DNA from: an uncultured virus (IMG/VR IMGVR_UViG_3300031993_000052)
Taxonomy: Duplodnaviria; Heunggongvirae; Uroviricota; Caudoviricetes
Direction: 5' to 3' (one strand)
IMG/VR virus record: IMGVR_UViG_3300031993_000052
Location: 55,478-75,477 of that record
DNA: 20,000 nt
The position numbers and the translations under genes were made by a program. The notes beneath the pieces are model-generated. The model did no database searches. It had not been told where the DNA came from and saw only the letters and a program-made list of their open reading frames with translations. Positions 1 to 6,537 of the stretch are shown piece after piece (within the stretch, counting starts at the first letter, position 1; each line of letters starts with the position of its first letter).

Positions 1-2
1 TG

Positions 3-116
3 TCAATTTCGGCAAATGTTGTACTCGCTGATATTTTGAAAGACTTTGACAATGAATTTTTTAGGAAGAATGAACTCATATCAATCGACATAATAGTAGG
101 TGACGATGTTTTTTAG
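3..116 (+). CDS. 3' end of a convergent plus-strand gene (partial, hypothetical)
   Basis: Frame open from the window edge (SISANVVLADILKDFDNEFF...VGDDVF) to TAG at 114-116, followed by a terminator. Confidence 0.55.
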   Translation, partial: SISANVVLADILKDFDNEFFRKNELISIDIIVGDDVF

Positions 117-129
117 ACATTCGATACAA

Positions 130-179
130 TTTTGAAACAAAAAAGGGGAGCACATTGTGCCCCCTTTTTTGTTTCAAAA
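130..179. terminator. Bidirectional intrinsic terminator
   Basis: Long palindrome tttgaaacaaaaaagggg-agcacattgtgc-cccctttttt-gtttcaaa between convergent genes. Confidence 0.8.
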
Positions 180-303
180 AATCCAAATTGGCAGATAAGC
201 AGAAATCGCCGCTTTTACGGCATTTTATCTTTTTTATGTACACAGATACCATTTTTTGAACATAGTGTCCAAAACAGGCGAAAACACGCCTAAAATTAAA
301 AAT

Positions 304-816
304 CTATACCCAAGTTATCTTTTTGTATTCTCCGTCTTCGTAGTAACCGAACGAAAAGCACATCGGGGTTAGGAAAACTGGTTCTGTGATGATGTTCTTT
401 TTGTATTTGTCCGCATACCCCTTGTTCATATATGCGATTGTGATATGGGGTTTGTAGGTCGTGAACTCCGTGTGGAGGGTGTAGTTCGCCTTTATCGCGG
501 AGTTTGTCGTATGAAGCGCTTGGCATACCACGCCGCATTTCAGGACGTCGTAGTTGTCGTTGCTGAACACGCTCACGTCTGAAAGCATTGTCTTGTAGTC
601 GTTGAGAGGAAGCAGGTGCTTTTTCAACTGTTCAAGGTTGACGTCGTTGTCGAGACAGGGAGCGAGCGTGACGTGCGTCTCGGTTTCAAGTCCATAGACG
701 AACGGTGAATCTGGGTCGCTCGGTTTGTACAGTTCATAGTCCTTGATGCTGTTTTGGATTCCCTTTATGTAGTCAGGTGTTTGGAAGTCCACCATCAAAA
801 ATGCGTATTTGTCCAT
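304..816 (-). CDS. 2H phosphoesterase, T4 gp57B/Acb1-like
   Basis: 170 aa with two HxT motifs (ETHVTL, KPHITI) at 2H-family spacing; TATAAATA upstream. Confidence 0.8.
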   Translation of the reverse strand: MDKYAFLMVDFQTPDYIKGIQNSIKDYELYKPSDPDSPFVYGLETETHVTLAPCLDNDVNLEQLKKHLLPLNDYKTMLSDVSVFSNDNYDVLKCGVVCQALHTTNSAIKANYTLHTEFTTYKPHITIAYMNKGYADKYKKNIITEPVFLTPMCFSFGYYEDGEYKKITWV

Positions 817-844
817 ATCTGTTTTTTTTATTATTGTCGGTTTG

Positions 845-852
845 TATTTATA
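845..852 (-). promoter_or_regulatory. T4-type late promoter TATAAATA
   Basis: Exact TATAAATA about 30 nt upstream of the 2H gene start. Confidence 0.6.
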
Positions 853-868
853 AACCGCTGCTTGTTAG

Positions 869-941
<73 letters not shown>

Positions 942-942
942 T

Positions 943-1242
943 TTACACGTCCTTTGACATAAGGACGCCTATTTTTCCTTCCGTGAAAAGTCTTGCCTGT
1001 TCGAGCGTGCAAAAGATTGCGGGTCGTTCGTTGAACTCATTGTCTATGCAGATTGCGACTCTCGGTTCGGACGGTTCCTCCACATCCTCAAACCAACCGC
1101 TTCCGTTCATACAGACCTCGCTTTCATCATCGACCTCATATACGACATAGCGTTTTGCCGTTGAAATTTCAATGCTTCCGTCAATGGCGGTTCCGAAAAT
1201 ATAGTTCACGCTTTCTTCTTTGATAATGTATTTGCTTTCCAT
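943..1242 (-). CDS. Hypothetical protein (99 aa, acidic) inside the tRNA array
   Basis: ATG start with A-rich leader; fills the gap between tRNA-Gln and tRNA-Pro exactly. Confidence 0.7.
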   Translation of the reverse strand: MESKYIIKEESVNYIFGTAIDGSIEISTAKRYVVYEVDDESEVCMNGSGWFEDVEEPSEPRVAICIDNEFNERPAIFCTLEQARLFTEGKIGVLMSKDV

Positions 1243-1268
1243 ATTCTTGATTTTTGTTTTTTAATTTG

Positions 1269-1339
1269 TTGTCGGTCAGAGGGTCGAACTCCGATTAGCG
1301 GAACCAGAATCCGCTGTGCTGCCATTACACCAACCGACA
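1269..1339 (-). tRNA. tRNA-Gln(CUG)
   Basis: Cloverleaf; GCGGA-TTCTGGT-TCCGC. Confidence 0.95.
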
Positions 1340-1345
1340 TTACAA

Positions 1346-1537
1346 GACCATTTGAGACAATGCCGCCAACTCTTCCACGTCGTTTCCGATACGCTTAAAC
1401 AAGGGGTTACATCAATGCTCACCCCCCAACGGACAGTACGTCCGCTGTATCCGACCCGTATCTCAAATCTTGGGGTGACGTCACTTCCCCGTGAGGACAC
1501 GTTGTTCTCGGCATAGTCGTCATTGCCCACTTTGGTC
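1346..1537 (-). ncRNA. Candidate structured ncRNA (~190 nt)
   Basis: End pairings GACCA/TGGTC and GGCAATG/CATTGTC; inner TCACCCC/GGGGTGA and hairpin CAGCGGAC-GTACT-GTCCGTTG. Confidence 0.45.
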
Positions 1538-1543
1538 ATTGTG

Positions 1544-1615
1544 AGCGGTGGACGGGATTTGAACCCGCAACCCCGACCTTGGCAAGGTCGTATTCTGCCG
1601 TTGAACTACCACCGC
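1544..1615 (-). tRNA. tRNA-Gly(GCC)
   Basis: Cloverleaf; CGACC-TTGCCAA-GGTCG; U73. Confidence 0.95.
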
Positions 1616-1760
1616 ATCGTCTCTTTTCATCAGACTTCCTTGCAATATCCGAATCTTGTACTACCGGGCATCAATAAGCACATCCGTCCTATTGACATTT
1701 TGAGACACACCCGTTTAATTGTTGTCTATCGTGAAACAATCTAAAGACCGCCTATGTGTT

Positions 1761-1834
1761 TGCAAGACCATAGGATTTGAACCTCCATTTCATCATTGGA
1801 CGGATGATATTCTACCAAATTGAACTATCGCCGC
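1761..1834 (-). pseudogene. Degenerate tRNA (probably Gly(UCC)-derived)
   Basis: D arm GTTCAATTTGGTAGAAT and T loop GGTTCAAATCC present; acceptor and T stems poorly paired; anticodon loop ambiguous. Confidence 0.6.
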
Positions 1835-1861
1835 CGGACGAAATTTTGGACATTTCGTTTG

Positions 1862-1932
1862 CAGGAGTGGAAGGACTCGAACCTCCGTCTACGGTTTTGG
1901 AGACCGTCGTTCTACCACTGAACCACACTCCT
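1862..1932 (-). tRNA. tRNA-Trp(CCA)
   Basis: Cloverleaf; ACGGT-CTCCAAA-ACCGT; G73. Confidence 0.95.
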
Positions 1933-1958
1933 ATTCACCGTTGAACTACAGACTCAAG

Positions 1959-2041
1959 TGCGGACGGTGAGAGTCGAACTCACACGGGGATACCCCCACC
2001 ACCCCCTCAAGGTGGCGCGCCTGCCATTTCGCCACGTCCGC
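1959..2041 (-). tRNA. tRNA-Leu(GAG)
   Basis: Class II cloverleaf; CCACC-TTGAGGG-GGTGG; long variable arm. Confidence 0.95.
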
Positions 2042-2051
2042 ATAATCTCAT

Positions 2052-2220
2052 AGATGCAACCAATCACTTTCCGCTTTGGCGGTGTATTCGGACTACGGGT
2101 CGATTACCTCCGACGTCCTAATTACGTCCATTCTCTCTAACGGGCACTCGATGTCCATCAGTGAAGTTCTATTCGGGGCGTCGTCACGTTTCCCGCTACG
2201 GGTCTATATTGGTTGCATCC
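2052..2220 (-). ncRNA. Candidate structured ncRNA (~168 nt)
   Basis: Perfect 12-bp terminal inverted repeat GATGCAACCAAT/ATTGGTTGCATC plus inner hairpin CCGC-CAAA-GCGG. Confidence 0.55.
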
Positions 2221-2232
2221 GTTTAAGAAATT

Positions 2233-2350
2233 CGGCAAACGAGTTTTGTATCGTCATCTTAAACTAAATGTTGACACAACCGCATCGCATTCTGCGGTCG
2301 CTTTGAAACGCCAACAATGTGCCCACAACGAAGGGTCACAAATCTTGCCG
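2233..2350 (-). ncRNA. Candidate multibranch ncRNA (~118 nt)
   Basis: CGGCAA/TTGCCG closing stem; TGTTGGC/GTCAACA and ACCGCA/TGCGGT helices. Confidence 0.4.
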
Positions 2351-2360
2351 TATCCCATTG

Positions 2361-2434
2361 TACCGGCAGGTGGATTTGAACCACCGTCTCCGCCTTATGA
2401 GGGCGGCGCAAGAAACCGACTCCGCTATGCCGAT
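2361..2434 (-). tRNA. tRNA-Met(CAU), probably elongator
   Basis: Cloverleaf; CCGCC-CTCATAA-GGCGG. Confidence 0.85.
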
Positions 2435-2608
2435 GTTTTGAAAACAAAAACCAACAGGTGTTTTGATTAAACTATGTATTCCTTTTTCTTGCTTATCGGG
2501 TCTCGATGACCCGTGGAACCCACCTCTGATTTGCCTTGCAGCGTCAGTGATTCTCTGTTGTCAATGCACGGAACAGTTATGCCCTATCGCAATGTTTTTG
2601 TTTCCAAG

Positions 2609-2697
2609 CGGAGGGGGTAGGATTTGAACCCACGGAACCCTTGCGGGTTCGGCGGTTTTCAAGACCGCTGCAATAAACCAGACTCTGCCACCCCTCC
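2609..2697 (-). tRNA. tRNA-Ser(UGA)
   Basis: GGAG start, GCGGT-CTTGAAA-ACCGC, long variable arm, G73. Confidence 0.95.
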
Positions 2698-2760
2698 AAA
2701 AATACTCCTGCTTTAAGGCAAGTCAGGTGAACCTTTGATATATCATTGATATATCGCTTG

Positions 2761-2834
2761 TGGAGCGTGGGGGAGTCGAACCCCCGACCCCCTGCGTGCA
2801 AAGCAGGTGTTCTGGCCAACTGAACTAACGCCCC
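2761..2834 (-). tRNA. tRNA-Ala(UGC)
   Basis: GGGGCGT/ACGCTCC acceptor with G3-U70; CCTGC-TTTGCAC-GCAGG. Confidence 0.95.
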
Positions 2835-2947
2835 GTTTACAACCTTTACAGACCGTATGGTTACACACGGGAAGTATAACCGAACCATACGTCGGTGTGC
2901 GCTGAACCCGTATCCGCAAACGGCAGCAACCGTTCCTAATCGGACAT

Positions 2948-3333
2948 CACGGACTTTACTTTTTTATGCACCTCGCCTTTACAGCGGCACGCACACCATT
3001 TCACGCAAACCATAAAGATTGTGGACAGACTCTTTGGTGTTTATCGCTTTGTCTCCGACTTGCATCGTCGCACTTGCGGTGTGCGAGACCGTGCCTTCTT
3101 TTTTATATATGTCATCCCTTCGGGCATTGGGCAGAAAGGAAAACATAATATATTTGAGAATTTCTCTCTCACGCGCTTGCGTGGTTCCTGTCGGAATGCT
3201 CCTTTCCAATACATTGCAGGGAACACGTCCCCGCGACCGACAGTGGTCGCCCATATATCATTTCAGGGCATTGCTCCGACAACGGGATGAAAAAGCAAGC
3301 GAATCTTATGTTCGCCAAAAAATAAAGTCCGTG
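2948..3333 (-). ncRNA. Candidate large structured ncRNA (~385 nt) or cluster of smaller RNAs
   Basis: Long-range inverted repeat CACGGACTTTA/TAAAGTCCGTG encloses subdomains 2986-3095 (GGCACG/CGTGCC) and 3174-3301 (CGCTTGC/GCAAGCG). Confidence 0.45.
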
Positions 3334-3339
3334 TCGGAA

Positions 3340-3417
3340 TGGTAGCGCGGACGGGACTCGAACCCGCAATCTCCACCTTGAAAGGGTGGCGACTTAAACC
3401 AGTTTGTCCACCGCGCC
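3340..3417 (-). tRNA. tRNA-Glu(UUC), CCA encoded
   Basis: Cloverleaf; CCACC-CTTTCAA-GGTGG; ends ACCA. Confidence 0.95.
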
Positions 3418-3570
3418 GTTCAGTGCGGTATAACCCGCACGTCCAACTGTTTGTTCATCTTGGAAAGTTGTCAACCTGCACGACTTCCTTTTTTGAGTTT
3501 TCCGCGCACTGCCGAGTTGTACGGACGAAACTTGAGAATGAAAAAAAAATAGTCAAATAAAAAAACATTG

Positions 3571-3644
3571 GGTGGAGAGTGGGACTCGAACCCACGACCT
3601 ACGGAACCACAATCCGCCGTTCTGCCAACTGAACTATCCCCACC
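3571..3644 (-). tRNA. tRNA-His(GUG)
   Basis: GCGGA-TTGTGGT-TCCGT; encoded G-1 opposite C73. Confidence 0.95.
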
Positions 3645-3648
3645 AAAT

Positions 3649-4071
3649 AAGTGATTGATGTGTTGTTACACCAAATTCTCCGACGGCGGTTTCACGGACA
3701 TCTCAACGGGCGACTAACTTGGCAACTACGCCCTGCGCCGAACTTTTCTTCATAGTTCGGACACCCCCGCTTTCGCGGTGAAGATTAAGAGCAATCTCCT
3801 CTCGTACTGTCGCTCCTTATCCGTCGTACCTGTCTCCGACACCGAATTGCACTTGCGCCACATCAAGGAGACACCCGTGTTTCAACGGGATTTTAATTGA
3901 GGACAACCGTGTATTCGTGCTTGTGACTCCGTGAGGTTGCCCATACCGCACCAAGTTCGCTGGTATGGTGTTCTTGTGACGTAAATCAACTATGCGCATA
4001 GTAGTATGTAGTCACTACCTCTTGAAACTCTTTAGAGGATGGACACTATCAGTCCCACCTTTCAATCACTT
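3649..4071 (-). ncRNA. Candidate large ornate ncRNA (~423 nt)
   Basis: Perfect 10-bp terminal stem AAGTGATTGA/TCAATCACTT filling the whole His-Ser spacer; many inner hairpins (CCGAACT/AGTTCGG, CCGC-GAAA-GCGG, GTCTCC/GGAGAC, CCATACC/GGTATGG, CCTCT/AGAGG). Confidence 0.6.
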
Positions 4072-4072
4072 G

Positions 4073-4160
4073 CGGAGAGTGAGGGACTTGAACCCCCGCG
4101 CCGTTTTCACGACCTATCTGTTTAGCAAACAGACCCCTTCACCGACTTGGGTAACTCTCC
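4073..4160 (-). tRNA. tRNA-Ser(GCU)
   Basis: TCTGT-TTGCTAA-ACAGA; long variable arm; G73. Confidence 0.95.
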
Positions 4161-4165
4161 AAAAA

Positions 4166-4325
4166 AGCAAAATCTTACACAAGACGAGTTGCGCTTTAAC
4201 TCTCTTGTCCTTCGCTGTGGCGAGACCACGGATTGCTCCGCACTTTTGTTGTTAAACTTCCACAGACCCCATTCTCATCGGAATCCCAAGCGGAAAAGAT
4301 TTTATCCGCACCCTTTGATTTTGCT
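4166..4325 (-). ncRNA. Candidate structured ncRNA (~160 nt)
   Basis: 9-bp terminal stem AGCAAAATC/GATTTTGCT with several inner hairpins. Confidence 0.5.
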
Positions 4326-4327
4326 AT

Positions 4328-4472
4328 GCTGTTATGGCGGGACTCGAACCCGCAGTACCGCAGTAATCCTGAACCGCGGGCAACCTTTACGTCTCACTCC
4401 CAAGACTTCTAATCTGACCGACAATGGTGACGGTTTCAAGCGAGGGTTTGCCAATTCCCCTTCACATAACAG
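4328..4472 (-). ncRNA. tRNA-like RNA with 8-bp acceptor and a large structured insert in place of the anticodon arm
   Basis: CTGTTATG/CATAACAG acceptor, Leu-like D loop GGAATTGGCAAAC, T arm GCGGG-TTCGAGT-CCCGC; no canonical anticodon loop. Confidence 0.7.
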
Positions 4473-4491
4473 TTGTGTGTTGATGAATTTG

Positions 4492-4570
4492 TAGGGGAGG
4501 TGGGACTCGAACCCACATACACCAATTACAGAATTAACGACTGTATATAAGACAGGACTGATACACCCCT
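4492..4570 (-). ncRNA. D-arm-less tRNA-like RNA (UAU loop, long variable arm)
   Basis: AGGGGTG/CTCCCCT acceptor, CTGT-CTTATAT-ACAG hairpin, perfect T arm GTGGG-TTCGAGT-CCCAC. Confidence 0.65.
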
Positions 4571-4658
4571 ATGCGATGCCGAGAATCCCTGTCATAAATT
4601 TGCCCGCCAACGGCGGACACCCATCAACAGATGGGGCAAGGCATTGCTTGTGAAAGAG

Positions 4659-4732
4659 TGCTCCCAGCAGGACTTGAACCTACGACCCCCTGATTATGAG
4701 TCAGGCGCACTAACCAACTGTGCTATGGGAGC
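4659..4732 (-). tRNA. tRNA-CAU, probably Ile2 (lysidine) type
   Basis: Cloverleaf; CCTGA-CTCATAA-TCAGG; the Ile2 versus Met assignment is inference. Confidence 0.85.
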
Positions 4733-4738
4733 ATAGAA

Positions 4739-5099
4739 ACAAGGCGGTTTTTTTAGCGAGTACAAATTAACGGTTTGTTGCTTGAAAATAGTGGTTTGCG
4801 GAATCCGCCTTTATATGTTCAGTATTATGGAAAAAGAGAAAATTCAAAAAAACAAGGCAGGGGTTGTTAGCGAGTACAAATTAAAAGTTTGTTGCTTGGA
4901 TAGGTTTGCTGCACCTGCCTTTATTATTCAGTATTATGGAAAGAGAAGATTCAAAAAAAAAACAAGGGAGATTTGTTGCGTTTCAAAGTTACAGTTTGAT
5001 GCCTACAATGTTTGCTGAACCTCCCTTTAGATACAAGGTGATTTTTTTGCTTGGTTGAATTTGGATTTCACTTTGCAATGCGTTTGCTGCAATCACCTT
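4739..5099 (-). repeat. Four tandem CAGCAA-module RNAs with anticodon-like hairpins (4739-4811, 4852-4921, 4962-5027, 5033-5099)
   Basis: Each reads AAAG-stem-C(A/C)GCAA...hairpin...stem-CTTGT; stems differ between units but stay paired; duplicated linker ttcagtattatggaaa. Confidence 0.8.
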
Positions 5100-5112
5100 T
5101 TTGTTTTAATTG

Positions 5113-5185
5113 TATCCCCGCAGGGACTCGAACCCCAATCTTGAGTTCCGTGGACTCACATTCTAATCCATTGAACTACGGGGAC
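5113..5185 (-). tRNA. tRNA-Arg(ACG), atypical C33
   Basis: Cloverleaf; TGAGT-CCACGGA-ACTCA. Confidence 0.9.
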
Positions 5186-5290
5186 TTATATGGGCGGGGT
5201 TATCGTCATACCTTACTATAGTTATACGCCGAATATGATGTTATCCCCTGCGTAAACTTGTTCCAATGTACGGTTGGAGTTTACGTTTAG

Positions 5291-5363
5291 TGGGAAGGGG
5301 TGGAGTCGAACCACCATCATCGGATTTTCAGTCCGCTGCATAGACCTGCTTTGCTACCTTCCC
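5291..5363 (-). tRNA. tRNA-Phe(GAA)
   Basis: CGGA-CTGAAAA-TCCG; canonical T arm. Confidence 0.95.
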
Positions 5364-5442
5364 GTTTTGCGGATGTGTGTCTCGCGACAGGCGTCCGCAA
5401 CTGATAAATATAAAAAAACACAAATAAAATGATTATCACAAG

Positions 5443-5513
5443 AGCGGCATATCAGAATCGAACTGACATATCCAGATTGGAAGTCTGGCGCACTGCCTTT
5501 GTGCTAATGCCGC
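5443..5513 (-). tRNA. tRNA-Gly(UCC)
   Basis: CCAGA-CTTCCAA-TCTGG; U73. Confidence 0.95.
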
Positions 5514-5536
5514 GTGAGGCGCGCGTCCGCGCCCGT

Positions 5537-5599
5537 ACAAGAGGCGTGATGAAATGACTTATCCCAAAAGTTTTTCTTGTTTTTTGCCGAATGCCTCTT
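5537..5599 (-). ncRNA. CAGCAA-module RNA copy 5 (CGGCAA variant)
   Basis: AAAGAGGCATTCGGCAA...ACTT-TTGGGAT-AAGT...GCCTCTTGT. Confidence 0.65.
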
Positions 5600-5605
5600 T
5601 TTTTG

Positions 5606-5719
5606 CCGCGGAGATTGGAGTCGAACCAATGTCAGGAGTTCCCAATAGCGAAAATTGCTGATAGGTTCTTTGAACAAGAATCATTTGCTACTCCCGTTCT
5701 GCCGTTAAACTACTCCGCG
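5606..5719 (-). ncRNA. tRNA body with a permuted CAGCAA module inserted in the anticodon loop
   Basis: CGCGGAG/CTCCGCG acceptor, D and T arms; GGAGT/ACTCC stem encloses ...TTCTTGT-TC-AAAGAACCTATCAGCAA...TTGGGA. Confidence 0.75.
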
Positions 5720-5721
5720 AT

Positions 5722-6058
5722 GTTCCGACATAATGTGGTGTGAACCGCTGAAACCACAATCGCACTTTCGCTGTCGGGGCGAACTCCGCTTTGTTTCTCC
5801 GGAGCGGAAAACCATCACTGCATTCGTTTTGATTAACAATATACAGCATCACGGTATCGCACCGTGCTCTCTCCGCAGGGTCGCGGGCGTGTCACTTGAC
5901 ACCTATGTTGCAGTGATTGTATGTCCTCCCGCCCGTGCCTTTGCACATTATCTGCGGATTTGTATGGACACGTTTCAAGGTTGTGCTGAAACCCGACGCC
6001 ATTCTAAATGTTATTTTAAGGAAGCGTTTAACTCTCCTAAAACTATGTGCGGCATAGT
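5722..6058 (-). ncRNA. Hairpin-dense spacer, candidate ncRNA(s)
   Basis: 9-bp ATCACTGCA/TGCAGTGAT (5814-5917) encloses three hairpins; further stems at 5722-5808. Confidence 0.45.
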
Positions 6059-6063
6059 CTTTG

Positions 6064-6134
6064 TTGAACTTGGAGGACTCGAACCTCCACCAACAGAACC
6101 AAAATCTGTTGTGCTGCCATTACACCAAAGTTCA
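6064..6134 (-). tRNA. tRNA-Gln(UUG)
   Basis: ACAGA-TTTTGGT-TCTGT. Confidence 0.95.
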
Positions 6135-6139
6135 ATATG

Positions 6140-6211
6140 TGGGTCGGGCGGGACTCGAACCCGCAGTCCCCTGATTAAGAGTCAGGTGCAGTGCCATTTT
6201 GCTACCGACCC
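6140..6211 (-). tRNA. tRNA-Lys(CUU)
   Basis: CCTGA-CTCTTAA-TCAGG. Confidence 0.95.
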
Positions 6212-6215
6212 GATG

Positions 6216-6371
6216 TGGGCAGGGAAGGATTTGAACCTCCGAACCCGAATGGGAGCGGATTGGCAATGTGGGAAATTACGAATTTCCGAAACTTCATTAT
6301 TCACATTGCGGTTTAACGTGTAACCTTCACGTAGTACAGTCCGCCGCGTTTAACCACTTCGCTACCTGCCC
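6216..6371 (-). tRNA. tRNA-Tyr(GUA) with 73-nt anticodon-loop intron/insertion (6262-6334)
   Basis: Removing 6262-6334 restores GCGGA-CTGTAAA-TCCGC and an intact class II cloverleaf. Confidence 0.9.
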
Positions 6372-6383
6372 TTATAGAATTTG

Positions 6384-6454
6384 TGGACATTACGGGAATC
6401 GAACCCGCTTTCACGCCTCCCGTTGCAGTGGGACACGCTACTGCCGTTATGCCC
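6384..6454 (-). ncRNA. D-stem-less tRNA-like RNA with Ala-type acceptor
   Basis: GGGCAT/ATGTCC with G3-U70 and A73; T arm GCGGG-TTCGATT-CCCGT; extended stem closing loop ACTGCAAC. Confidence 0.65.
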
Positions 6455-6465
6455 TTGTTGTTATG

Positions 6466-6537
6466 TGTCACGGATGAGACTCGAACTCACAATCCCCTGA
6501 TTAAAAGTCAGGTGCATCGCCATTATGCTACCGTGGC
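6466..6537 (-). tRNA. tRNA-Lys(UUU)
   Basis: CCTGA-CTTTTAA-TCAGG; C2-A71 mismatch. Confidence 0.93.

Noticed and set aside
1346..1537. 6S RNA call
   Set aside because: Length and end-pairing are compatible, but a central bubble consensus could not be verified by eye; left as a generic candidate
2948..3333. RNase P RNA or tmRNA
   Set aside because: AAAGTCC is present but not the GAGGAAAGTCC P4 context; no tmRNA acceptor or T-arm ends
4739..5099. CRISPR array
   Set aside because: The units are not identical repeats with unique spacers; they vary by compensatory stem changes, and no cas genes are in the window
6262..6334. Group I intron or hammerhead ribozyme
   Set aside because: Too short for a group I core, and no CUGAUGA hammerhead core
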